Of a stretch of DNA of 64,000 nt, positions 13,331 through 25,356 are shown one piece after another. The DNA lies in assembly GCA_051294375.1 (NCBI GenBank), contig CM119265.1:7388629-7452628 (forward strand). The letters run 5' to 3'. The position numbers and the translations under genes were made by a program. The notes beneath the pieces are model-generated. The model ran no database searches, was not told where the DNA came from, and saw nothing but the letters and a program-made list of their open reading frames with translations. Position 1 is the stretch's first letter. Each line of letters starts with the position of its first letter. The DNA is from Paraspadella gotoi (taxonomy: Eukaryota; Animalia; Chaetognatha).

Positions 13331-14148
13331 GAAATATTTGTAAGCCTGAGTTGGAAATTGTATTATCGTCAAAATGTGGTACTATTTCTGGCTCCGATTA
13401 ATATGTGATGTAGCATAGATTCAGACATGTCGGCCACAACTGAGATACAATTCGGCCACAGACCCAAGAATATGAAATACATGGCGAATTAGTGCAAGAT
13501 GATTACAACTAGGAGAGAGATTCATCACATCGACTTTATTCGTGTGTTCATGTAAGAGCCGCACCATGATGATCAAGAGGAAAGCCCAACAAAACTAGCT
13601 GAAACAAGAAACAAGCTCACTTATCGCTCTCTTATATTCCAATCCCAGACACAAATCTTACAGACGGACCACAGAGAAATCAGGTTGGAGACCTGGTGCT
13701 CACCAGGCGTGAACCTGCATCATAACAGGCGCCGCACCCAACGGAAAATAAGGTCAAACGGAATTACTTACTGGTCCTCAACAGAGTTATTTGAAAGAGA
13801 AGAACGGAAAATCATATACAGCAGTTCGTCTCTGTCGCTGGTTGAAAAAAATATGAGATACACATTGACCGCCGGCTAAAACTGCATACAGGCCAAGTGC
13901 GGCACTAAGTTTAAAATTCGGACAAACACCAATGAAAGAAAACTGTAAATAAACTTCGTAGCTAAATTAGATATAAACTTGCAAAAAAACAAAACCGATT
14001 TGTGAACTCTGGATAAATCAGCACGACACAAAGAAACAAAAAAAAAAACATCGCGACCAAGACAACAACAACGACAACAACAACAGCTTCTGATCCCCAT
14101 CGCAAACTCCGGCCTTAACGCGACTGACCAACCGGTGCGCCGTCGTCT

Positions 14149-14560
14149 GAGAGGGGGGGACGCAATAAAGATGAATAAAAACCACGATATTACAGGAAAA
14201 AGAGATTAAGGAAGGGAATTCCGGGACAAGAGCGAGAATAAGACACGCACTCCTGTAGGAATTAGGAGAATGAAACCTGAAATGATTCTGATATCGATTG
14301 TTGCGAATTTTATGGGAAGACTAAAATCCAGAACAAAGGTACAGCGAGGAGGATTTTCACTAAGGAATCCGGAGGAAAAGAAGGTTCCAGAGAGGACAGA
14401 GGAGGATTCGCGGAACGAGGAAACTGGGCTTCCAGAGGTCCCCACTTGCCCATTATAAACTAAGCCGGTCCTGTTTCTGCTGTCTCTGATTCACTGTCAA
14501 AAAATTGACAACAGTCTTCGATCTTTGTCTATTCATATTATGATAATAAAAATTATACAC
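14149..14560 (+). repeat. Polypurine tract and candidate 3' LTR
   Basis: GAGAGGGGGGGA at 14149-14160, then ~400 bp containing TATAAA (~14454) and AATAAA (~14546) and ending near ..TACA. The canonical TG start is not seen, and no 5' LTR is present for comparison. Confidence 0.4.
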
Positions 14561-16509
14561 ACACTTCTGATTATGATATTGAGAAATGGGCCTGTCTGCT
14601 TACTATACAATGAATTTAGAATGCCTGATTTTTTTGCTGGCTCGTTTATTTGTTTTTTTTTTTGGTTAACACTTATACGAGATTCAACCCACTATTTTTT
14701 TTTTAATATGTGCGGACGGCTTATATTTCAATCTTTCACCTTTAATGGCACAATTTACGTTCGATAACTTCAAATAAAGAAAAACAATTCGAATACTCAC
14801 TCCTGTTCCGTTTATCTTCTCTCTCTCTCCTCTCTTCTCTCTATCTCTCTCTCATCTCTCTCTCTTCTGTCTCTCCTCTCTCTCTCTCCTCTTCTCTCTC
14901 TCGCTCCCAGTCTGTGATGGGAATTTTAAATGTTGGCGCTCAGCGGGCGTCATTATTTTTGATTAAAACCGGTTTCAACCTGAGAGGCCGAACTTGCGGC
15001 GGAGGTAGACGACGGACTCCGACGAACGACGAGCGACGACGACGATCAACGGTAAGCGAAACCCGATCTGCGGCGAAATATCGACGATGCAAAAAGACCA
15101 AAAAATTAATGAGCGGCGAATCGTCTCGACGTTCGACCGCAGCGACAACCTGAGGCGACGATGACGAGACGTCTCGATGTATACCAAATACAGGTGTAAC
15201 TTCGACTGACCTAGAGGACGATGACGTAGACGATGAACGGAGATGACGTCGAGACCGTAGACATACGCGACAACTTCGTGACCGTGACATCCGTGACAGT
15301 GACATCCGTAGACACGTGACACTCATCCGTGACCGTGACCATCGCGAGAGATTACGAGGAAGAACAAATCAAAAACCGTTCGCAATAATACTTGGGGAAA
15401 TAACAAAATAATTAGTATAAATTGAATAAATAATTTAATACAGATTAATAACTATTAAATTCGATACTAGGATAATTGTTAATGCAATAATTAAAACAAT
15501 AATACGTTCCAATATTACAGAGTTATAGAACTAATTTCAAACGCTCTCAGGCGAGCCTATCACAGATAAAACGATGAACGACGCAGATATTTTTAAAAGA
15601 CAATAGTATCTTTTTCAGTCCCGGCGCACCCTCTTTCGGATCTTGTCCCGCCTTTGGTATTTTATTTATTGTCTATTTGGCCTCTTTTGTTCACGCAAAT
15701 CGTTGCCCTTTCTTTTCTTAATCCGGGCTGTCCGATCTTGGTTCGCGTCCGGTCGTTGTCAACAGGGAGACAACGAAACATAAAACGAAAAAAAAAAACA
15801 AATACACATTTCGTTTTGTTCTGGCGAAGGCGGATTTTTCAATAAAAAACATATGGAAAAACGATTCGTAGATCTAATTAAGATCACGAAAACGACGAAC
15901 GAAAAGATTTCCGAAAACGGATCGAAATGACCCGAAAAACTAGTCGCGGACTTATAGAAAAGCCCAGAGAATCTAAAAGCTGTGATCTTTAACTTATTTC
16001 AGGCAGCGCACAAAAAAATCAAAGCCGATCCCGCTGGCCAGGCTGCGGATCTCCACGAAACGAAAGCGTAAGAGAAGAGAGATTACAGTAATATTACGTT
16101 TTTAATTTTACATTTGTAAAATTGATTGTAGACAAAACCTTGTTGGGGACAGATTTCGTTTTTTATTCTTTTTCTAGCTTACCTACCCGACTTCTTGCAA
16201 TTATTTTAACTCGGCCCATAAATGGCAACCGTCCTGCGTTTTAAAGTGGCAAATAAAATAATTTTAAACCCGCTTTTTATAATTTGCTTGATCAACTTTC
16301 TATATCGTTTTCCAGAAACTCGCTGATCTGCCGTCTACTCCGAGTCGTATGGCATCATGACTTGGTTCTTATTATCATGCTCTTGTCTCCGACTCGCCAC
16401 CCCTCCAGGCTTCGTCTGCGTCTTCTCCTATATGATCTATCCGTCTAACCGATAAACGAGGCGACGGTTCCGGTTTCCCGACATCTTTTCATTTTCTTTG
16501 TTTTTAAAG

Positions 16510-19500
16510 AGCTTGTTCTGAAGTCTCTCTCCTCGGCTTCCAATCGCCGTCCACCCTCGCCGCGCCAAGCGGCGTCAACAGCCGGACTACTCCGACGACG
16601 CCGGAGACGCGTCTCGATTCTCGGCGACTCCTCCTGTCCGCTGTCGGCATATCGGCTGACGTCGTCGAGGCATACATGGTCGACGTGGGATTGATCCCCG
16701 AGACTTCTACATCCGGCAAGAAGACCTCCCTCGCACCGCGGGTCTGGAACAAAGCACATCTAGCCGAGCATCCGGCGCTCAGACGAGAGAAACACAACAA
16801 TCATCGAAGACGGCCTCCGGCCAAGCAGGAGCTCGTCCGGACGCCTTCGCGGACAGGTCTGACGTCAAGGGCGGGCTCCGCCAGCTGCCCTAGGTGTCCG
16901 CCGACCGAAGTGGCGAGGCTGCTGTCGACCAGTTTGGGGGATTGGATTGTCTACGAACACGCGCAAAAATGGACGATAATTGCGGTAAGGGGTATTCATG
17001 CACAGTGCGCGGTGAGATTCTGACTTTTTCTGAGTTAAATTTTTTGTGCTGATCGTATAAATTTCGCCAGAAATTTAAATCTTTCTCCGAAAATATTTTT
17101 TTAATTCATTCACGGTCTATTAAAGGAATTCTCATTCTTTTTCAAATCGAATATTATATTCTGTTATTTTTTTCCCTTTTTTAACTTTATGATATATAAT
17201 ACAAAACCGGTTCTTGAAGAAAAAAAAATTACCTCCGTGGGAAAGATTAAGATCCGGCGATAATTCGTTCGGTAGTAATATTTTTTTGGTGATACAAATA
17301 TTGCGCTAGTTCTGTTAGGCATAAAGGCGATACAGAAAAAATTCAAAGCGAGCTCTTGACACTGTACAAATCCGTCGGCGCGTGAAAGACAATCGTTTAG
17401 ACCTATCATAGTCCCTACGTATCGAGATTTTATGACGAGTAGCCATCCGAGGTCCAAATCGTACATCAAATTTCTATTACGCACAAAGATTTTTTAGATA
17501 AAGAGTCTTTTGAGAAAACACGAAATTTCTTATTATGACGTCAACAAAGTGGCATATTTCTCTCTTCTCTTCTCTCTCCTCTCTCGTCTCTCTCTCACTC
17601 TCTCTCCTTCTTCCGTGTTTTTTAATTTCCTTCCTTCGGAACAAGTGCTTTTTTAAATTCTCATTTTTTACTCTTGTCTTTTCTCCCTGCTTTTTCTTTT
17701 CATCTCATCTCCTTCCAAGCCTCTCCTCCTCTATCTCTTTCTCGTGAGCTCTTGTACCTTTCTCTGTAACAGAGAATAATCTCCTTTCATGTAATCCCGT
17801 CGAAGGCCGAGCGTTTCGTCGACGACGACGACGAACGATGAGAACGTACGACGTTCGAAAAGCTCCGTCGGCAAAGTGGACTACGCTCCGCTGAAGAAAA
17901 ATTTGGCCGCCAAATTCTGCACCACGAATCGGCGGGCAGATTCAACTTTGCAGGTGAGGAAAGTAACGTGAACTTGGATGGGTGAGTTGAAGGGAGTCCT
18001 TCGATATTACCGTATATTGGAAATAATCCATACATTGGTAATTCATTTCAACCGGAAGGGAAGGGAAGATACAATGTTTTTTAATGTTATTACTTATATT
18101 CTTAACAAGAATCGAACGCACGAGAAGAACAAACCAACTGACCCAGACAACGTACGAAACAAACAATGAACGCCGATCAAGAAAAAAAAAAAAAATGATC
18201 GAACTCGAAAAGTGGTGCCGGGGCCAGCACCAAGTTCCGGATCTCGTCGAGTTGAGAACAAAATCTCTCGATTCTCTCGATTCTCTCGATCGCGATTCGC
18301 GAAAGGCAAAATGATCCTAACGGTTTTTAATCCCCGGGCATTAGCGTAAATTAACGTCAACGGATAATCTTCGGGGGCGAACACTTTTTGACGGCGAATG
18401 AAAGTGGACGGGATCGACTTCGACGAGCGACGATGAAGCGACGCTGAAAAAAGACTGGCTTGACAAGACGAATGAATTGATTGAGGATGAAGACGTAACA
18501 TCCTTCGGTCGTGATTTCTGACGAATTTATCCTTGGCGGAATTGAATTATTCGGTTGTCCTCTGGGGCGTGGGAGAAAGGGGTACTGTGCGACTGGGCTG
18601 TCTAAATGGGGTTTTAAGAAGATTTTAAATTTATCTGAAGATCCGCTTGAAGTCAGGATTCGTAAGGATTAGGTTGGCAAGAAGTAGAATTGACCACTGA
18701 CTTTTTTTTCAAGTACCTATTTAAGGCAGAAGATACTTTTGGTTCATTTTAAATAAGTTTGGAGTTCTTTAATCTTTAATTCTTATTTAAACCCGAAAAT
18801 CAAAACAGAAGTACTCTGTCTCGTACTCTTTTCGAGTTTGAATTATTTCCTTTAGCGTAAATCAATTTTGCCTCACCCAATCCCTCACTCTCACACCCTC
18901 TCCAGTCAGTTCATCCTCGGAACTTCTCTCCGACGCCCGTCACGGCCGTCATCGACTGACGAACCTTGCGGCGATTCCTCATCCACCAAGCCGACAGAAG
19001 ATCGCCGAGCGTGGGCCGAACGGCAAGAACGACCGAGCGCATGATTACGACCAACTTTTCCCGTGCTCTGCCGTTATACCACGAAAATATCCTCACGCAC
19101 AAGCTGCCCGGGAGGAAGTTACGCCCTACGGATCGTTATTTTAAGGTAAGGTCGCGTCGGAACGATAGAAATTTTGAGGGGAGAAAAAAATTTTTGAAAA
19201 GTAAATATTGTACTATGAAACAAAACTCCAAGATAAACTGCGAAGACGTATTTTGACTGATCTTTGGTCATATTTAGTTTTTAAACGTACACATCCCAGC
19301 TTTATTCAACTGTAAAATTAGTGCTAATATCACTTATATTTATAGACATTTAATTCTTAAATTTACTCAGGAAATCAAGGAGATGGTGGACCATGCAGCG
19401 AACCCCGTCATCTCCCAGAGAAAGCTCCCGGAAATCCCTTAACCCATCTTGACCGTTCTCACATGAACGCACGAGGTCAGTCACAATCCTACGGATGCGG

Positions 19501-20486
19501 CGGCGGAGTCCTCGGATGCGGCAGCAGCAGCAGCCAGCAGCGGCAGTTTCCAGAGCAAGATCCGGCGGAGCAACTTTCGAACAACGCTCTCCCGGTGTTC
19601 GCCGGAGAAAGCGGTCCGCCCTCTTTGACCAGCGGCCTGCCCCAGGCGCGCCAAGTTGCCCTCCTTTACGCCTCTCGCCCGCGGCGGGTCGCGCGGGCGC
19701 ATTCGATCCGGGCAGGAGGTAAGCGTCGGCGGACCGGTGGGTTCGGGGCGGCGCTGCCGACGCGCCTACGCCGTCATCGTCGCCGGCTCTCTTCGGCGCC
19801 GGAATCGACGACGACGGCGCCGAGAATGATGCGCCAGACGTCCGTCGCAGGATCCACTCACATCTGTGAACTCTCACGGAGTTTATCATCCAACAACAAA
19901 CAGCCTGCTGGAATTAGGTACAATGTCGGAAGCGCTGTTTTTGTTTACTTTCTTTCCAGGAGATCATTTGTTTAATTAGATAATTAGTTTTATTTTTCTG
20001 CTCGGGTTTTTAAAAAATATTTTTCATTCTTCATCTTTGATTATAATTAATTTTTTTTTTTTTTTACGATTACTACGCAGGCCCACCGTCAACTACCTCG
20101 ACGACATACCCTCACCTGTTCGATCAAAGTGGAACAGTCGTTGTTGCCGAAATGCCTTCAATGCCCCCGATGCCTCCGATGCTCAACTCCTTCGCCCTCC
20201 GCCGTCTGCGAACGACGCGGCGGCGCAGACTTTGCCGCCGCAGACGACCGCCTTCAAGCAAGACGAGAATCCAACGTCGTCGATTATTGTGCTGCGGCGG
20301 CCGCGGCCGCGGCGGCGTCGGTGGCAGCGGCGTCGCCATTCTTTCGGCTCCTGCGACGTCGGCTGCGACCACGGTTGCGTCGCGAGTCGACGTCCGCAGA
20401 CTTTTGGTTTCTATTCAGAACGAAGCCGCTCGTTTGACTTGGGACGTTTCAAGCAATTCGAGTGCCCGGCGACCAAGATTTGCTGA
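16510..20486 (+). CDS. ETS-family transcription factor with PNT (Pointed/SAM) and ETS domains; multi-exon, frameshifted by sequence errors
   Basis: Exon 16510-16984 is PNT-like: APRVWNKAHLAE...G...LGDWIVYEHAQKW. Exon 18906-19145, reconciled with the inverted copy, gives QFILELLSD..VIDW..GEFLIH..KIAER...RKN...M.YDQLSRAL.Y..ENIL.KLPGRKY, an ETS domain. Further GT-AG exons lie at 17773-17953, 19371-19917 and 20081-20486. The start exon and the exons at ~18.1-18.6 kb are uncertain. Confidence 0.85.
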
Positions 20487-21338
20487 ATGCTGATTTGCCC
20501 GCCATCTTATTTGGATCCCTTATTTTTCGATTATTCAGTATTCTCTCTCTTATTTTTTTATTACATTTTTACTACAAAATCACACGGCACAAGCACACGA
20601 AAACTATACGAGGCGATGTTTAATAATCTTGTCCGTTATTATTATAAATTTACTACGATCAATTTATTGAATCCGAAATGTAATAAATAAATATAAATGG
20701 GCGGTTGTTTGTTGAATATTCGTTATTATCATTTTTTTTTAAATTCTAAAAACAACAACTAATAAGACAGCCGTTAATAAATTATATGGGCATTTTCCTA
20801 TCGCATGAATTGGTAATACGAAGTACATATAAGTCCAAAAACCAAAACAATTAGCGTCGTTGAGATTGTGACGTCGAAATATTTTAACCGATGACGAATC
20901 TCGAGACGAAATCTAAAGGAGTCATTAAGTCGTTAGTTTCGTCGTTTCTCGAGAGAAAAAAGTGACACAACTCATTCAACTTTGCCCACTTGAGACTCGA
21001 CTCTTTTTTTTAAAAACTTCGGTTTCAAGTCGACGGTTATTGACAGGGTTAGATAGAGTGGGAGAATGCGTAAAACGTAAGATAAAGAGGGAAAGAGATG
21101 GAGAGAGAGAGAGAGAGAGAGGCGTCAAACCGAGGACGCGCTTCGTCGATTCGATAAATATCGCCAAACTTGAAAGTGTCTTTGACGTTTTTTGACGTTT
21201 AATGACGAAAAAAAAAACTTTACGCTCTACTTCAAAATATACTATAATAAACTTTAAATTAAATAAAAATAAACTAATAAGAAATACTTTTTAAAACTTG
21301 ATAAAAGCATCTTCAAACTGAAAAAATATATGAATAAT

Positions 21339-24300
21339 TTAGATTCTAAATCCTTCCAAATCGTGGAGGATCCAAGGATCCTTCCAAGGAGCGACTTCCC
21401 AAAGCTGCTTGAGGGTGAAGCGTCTTGAGCCGCTCGATCGCGAGGCCCAAAGTCTTCGCTGAAGACGACGTCGCGATCTTCGTGGTGGTGATCGTCTGAG
21501 GAAGGGAGGAGGAGGAGGAGGAGGAAAGGAAGATAATTAAAAAAGAATAAGACCGATGCGGAAATGTGGATGAATACTGATAAAAATTATGCGTTTAACA
21601 TGTAAGTGATTACATTGAAAGAAAACAAATCAATCATAATACGACGAGGTCGATGACGACGCTTAAGATAGCCATAGCCGATGAAATTTAAATGCTAATG
21701 TATAACAGCGTAAAAACTATATGGACATATAGAATTATGGGTATTAAAATATTTTTTGTCAAAAATGCTTTCTTCTGAGGGTACTCGCCTAATTAAAAAT
21801 ATTATATTACTATATAAGCAAAAAGATTTTTTTTTAAATCTTAAAATTTTTTGATGGATTCTGATAGAGCTAAAAAGGTTAAACAAGAAATATTAATTAA
21901 CAGGCTTTTAAAAATTCTTACGTTTTCTAAGTGAAAAATATAAAAAACTGACAAAATCATCGAAAATGATGATGGATAATGATTTTTTACAGTTTTTCTT
22001 ATTTTTGACAGCACTTATCGTAAAAATATTAAAAAGAATCATTCTTTGTGCAGACAACTTTTTTATGAGCTATCTGAATCTGATCTTAAATTTAAAAATT
22101 TAAAAAAAAAATTTTTTGGCCTTCCTATCTATAAATAAATATTAAAAATTAATTACAAGGGTATAGAGCCATATTAAGAAATTTTTTGTCCATTGAAGTA
22201 TGTCTAAAAATGTTTAAATATTTGAGCATGTACTCTAAATTTTTTATCTCACGCCCATTGAGTGCGGCTACCCCTATTTAAGATGACAATGATTACGTTT
22301 AATTAAAACCCGCGAAATACGCAGCGTAACGTCGGTTCGTATCCATCTCCGAATCGACGATGTTTACTTCGTCTGTAAATAAAACATCTTAACAAAAAAA
22401 CAACAACAAAAAAAAAAATTCATAATAAAAGTATTTCATCCGATTTAGCATTCGGTATCGTTTGTCTCATTAATCTTTTTACGGTACACCTATATACTCC
22501 TTTTTATATTTCTCACGCTTCTAATTTTATACATTCTGATTTTCTTTCCCTCCCTCTCACTTCTTCCTCTTTCTCTCTTCTTTCCTCCCCCCTTCGTCTT
22601 CTCACCATCGAACAACTTGTGCCAGCGTCTCTTCCTCCCATTTCTTCTGTTCTCCTCTTCCTCTTCCTCCTCCGTCGAGAATTCAACCCAAAATATGGGA
22701 TGACGCGAAAATGTCGCCTGGAGGCTTTGGATTCCTTGACGACCTCTTCCAGTCGTTCCGTCGGATCGATGCGGAAACCTTTGTTTCAAACGAGGATGAC
22801 AACTAAATAATATGCCATTTTCCCCCTGACTTTGGACAATGGACAGTGGACAATGGTTCAATGGACATTGGACAAGCTATGTCATTGGACAGGCTATTTT
22901 GGGTTAAGGCCATCTCTAACAAGAAATATAGCGATTACGTATAAAGAATGGGAAAAAAAACGGAGGTTAATGTCAAATTTCAGCTGAAAAGTAAATCGCT
23001 AAAGCGATTAGGTGTTCCATAAAGAAGGGGAACACTTTACCGAGGACGTAAGAGCCGCTTTGCCTCGATGTTTCGATGACCATCGCGACGCCGAACTTGG
23101 AATCCTGAACTTTCGTCGAACCGATTTGGAGATAAGGGATGGAGACGTTGAAGCTCTCGTTCATGTTGGCGTGCCACACTGGAATAATAAAGGAAGAGAA
23201 AAAGGAGGGTCTATGAGTAATGTCCTCGTTATATTAAATATAATAAGGAATCGATCATTAATTCTGGAGATTTAATTATTACCTACTCTGACGTTTGTAA
23301 TAAAGATGGTTCCCAGGTTGCCCTGATCGCTTGACAAATTCCAACACGCCGACGATCTGAGAAAAGAAAGAAAGAAAGAAAGAAGAAAGAAAGAAAGAAA
23401 GAAGAAAGAAGAAAGAAAGAAAGAAAGAAAGAAAAAAAAGTGTTAGGGCGTTGTCTCAAGCGAACAGCGACAGCTTCGATTCAGAGAATCAGCACTCACC
23501 TTGTTGATGATCTCCTCCTTCGGCAGCAGCACCAACTGCTTGTCCCTGACGAACGGCGATCTTAGCTTGGACTTCCCTGAAGACCTTGGACGTCTCGAAG
23601 GCGCGATGGACGGAGATGACGGAGGAAAAGAGACGCGGAGATCCGGGGACGAGATTGGTGAAGATGAACTCGAATCTGATTGAGGAGAAAACTGGAGAGT
23701 GAAGATGAACTTGAATCTGATTGGAGGAGAAAATGGGAGAGTGAAGATGAACTCCGAATTTGATTGGAGGAGAAAACGGGAGAGTGAAGAATAACTCGGG
23801 AGAGTGAGGATGAACTCAAATCTGATTGGAGGAGAAAACAGGAGAGTGAAGATGAACTCGAATCTGATTGGAGGAGAAAACGGGAGAGTGAAGATGAACT
23901 TGAATCTGAATTGGAGGAGAAACGGGAGAGTGAAGATGAATTTGAATCTGATTGGAGAAGAAAATGGGAGAAGTGAAGATGAACTCGAATCTGATTGGAA
24001 GGAAAAAAAGGGAAAGTAAAGATGAACCCAAATCTGATTGAGGAGCAAACGGGAGAGTGAAGATGACTCGGGAGAGTGAGGATAACTCAAAATCTGATTG
24101 GAGGAGAAAACAGGAGAGTGAAGATGAACTCGAATCTGATTGGAGGAGAAAACTGGAGGGTGGTTGAGTTGGAATGAGGTAAAGAAGTTGGAGTCTTTAA
24201 TTCTATAATTGCTTTATGTAAATTTACTTTATTGTGTTTGTTAACCAATTAAACAAATTATCATTGGTTATATATATTCATATGAATAAAAATAGGTGCA

Positions 24301-25356
24301 TTTAACCAAATTGTTCGAATCAATTAAAAAAAAACAACAAAAAAATCACTATTTTTGCTAATAATATAAATGCATGATGCATTCATTATCAAATTTATGT
24401 TGCTTGCGATGACGTTAAAGTATATTTGTCTATATCAATTTTACTTGATTAATCGTTAATTAATTAATTAATTAAAAGTTATTTTCAACCTCCTGGTTAC
24501 ACAATTGCGCTAAACTCTAAACCATATGAACGACCTCGTGTTGTTCACTTTGGTGAGAATGTAAAGAGCCTCAGTTGTGCCACGAATCTTGGACGTCGCA
24601 GATTTCACTTGGACGCTGAAAGAAAAAGAAAGAAATATTAATAATAAAAAAAATAATTTACAAAATAACAAAATAATACCAAAACAATAACAATAACAAA
24701 ATTTAGAATAACATACATCATTGTAACCTGCCTAGTTTACTTAAAGATTATTATATACGCGGCTCACAATCACACCTCGAATGACACACACAAAATCCCC
24801 ATCCCAATTCCCAATTTCTCAATCCCATACTTGAGCACGCAGTTGAAACCCAATAGAGAGATTGACTCTGGTCTGCGTTTCCGAGTGCCACAAAAGACGG
24901 AGGTTGGTGACGAGAAGTCGTCCGCTATCGCCGTTGTTGCCTCGAGGAAAGGAAGTGAAATTTTCTTAAAAAAAGCTTTTCACTTCATACGGGTCAAAAT
25001 TCTCACCTTTTTGTCTTCCACAAAATCAACTCGATCGATCAGTTTTTCTCCAAGACGAGGTCGCATCTGGAACAGTGAGGGGCAGTTATAATGCAAGATA
25101 AATAAGTCACGGGGTGATAATCTGCACTCATCTACATTCAACACATCTATAAACAAGGTCGAAATGAAGTCCTTCGTTATTAGTGTTGCTTTCACATTTA
25201 ATAGGAAAATAAATTGTTGCCATTATAACTTCAAAGTGCACGAATTGCGGGATTTTCATTTGTATAAAACGGACCTCAGAGGGCGCGATGTCGAATCGTA
25301 TCTCCCTGTCTTCCCAGAGGACGTCGTTGGAACCGCCCACGACTCCGAAACCGCGT
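21339..25356 (-). CDS. BBS5: Bardet-Biedl syndrome 5 protein (BBSome subunit), best copy. Exons: 25275-25356, 25007-25066, 24831-24940, 24535-24615, 23500-23675, 23283-23356, 23041-23178, 22606-22778, 22310-22372, ~21339-21495
   Basis: Spliced translation follows BBS5 end to end once a few 1-nt indels are corrected from the other copies: [149 protein letters not shown]. The ATG exon is not identified and the stop position is uncertain. Confidence 0.95.
21740..22262 (+). repeat. AT-rich interspersed repeat (~520 bp) in the last BBS5 intron
   Basis: Colinear but diverged homolog at 62908-63428. Shared blocks include tgatagagct.aaaa.gttaa, aaaatcatcg..atgatgatg, aacttttttat.agctat.tgaatctg, ctatctata..aaatattaaaaattaattac and cccattga. 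Confidence 0.8.
22832..22892. repeat. 7-bp tandem repeat (TGGACAA-like, ~8 degenerate units) in a BBS5 intron
   Basis: ttggacaatggacagtggacaatggttcaatggacattggacaa; also present in the inverted copies. Confidence 0.75.
23658..24158 (-). repeat. 42-bp minisatellite built from the BBS5 3' splice site + exon start (11 units and 2 half-units)
   Basis: Unit in gene sense is TCTCCCGTTTTCTCCTCCAATCAG|ATTCGAGTTCATCTTCAC. The last unit (exon start 23675) continues into [10 protein letters not shown]. The array is also present at ~31415-31880 and ~45730-46245. Confidence 0.92.

Larger units (their letters stand above)
8071..14560 (+). mobile_element. Ty3/Gypsy LTR retrotransposon, heavily frameshifted, 5' end not visible
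   Basis: Motifs occur in PR-RT-RH-INT order. Protease-like: STGA ~8625, LSTATGTI, FYV. RT: HYLIPVI..STRQDLPFHQV ~10075-10170, MGGVNSV..LQ ~10255, VDDL ~10355. RNase H: KWQPIAFM ~10831. Integrase: IHRHFGHP ~12539, ECENC ~12663, LPWESLSID ~12737, AYHSP..ER ~13191. Polypurine tract at 14149-14160. Confidence 0.8.

Noticed and set aside
15240-15345. CGTGAC(ATC) repeats as an Arg-Asp-rich exon
   Set aside because: The units are irregular with no consistent frame or clear splice boundaries, and the single noisy copy cannot be cross-checked.
22606-22680. Novel basic NLS-like insert (RRNGRKRRW) in BBS5
   Set aside because: The other copies differ by indels here. A shifted frame gives acidic EEM.EETLDKLFD, so the basic run is probably a compensated frameshift error.
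23658-24158. CRISPR-like array or stand-alone repeat protein (ORF 23443-24090)
   Set aside because: Units are head-to-tail with no unique spacers, the context is a eukaryotic intron, and there are no cas genes. The ORF is just the stop-free 42-bp unit running into a BBS5 exon.
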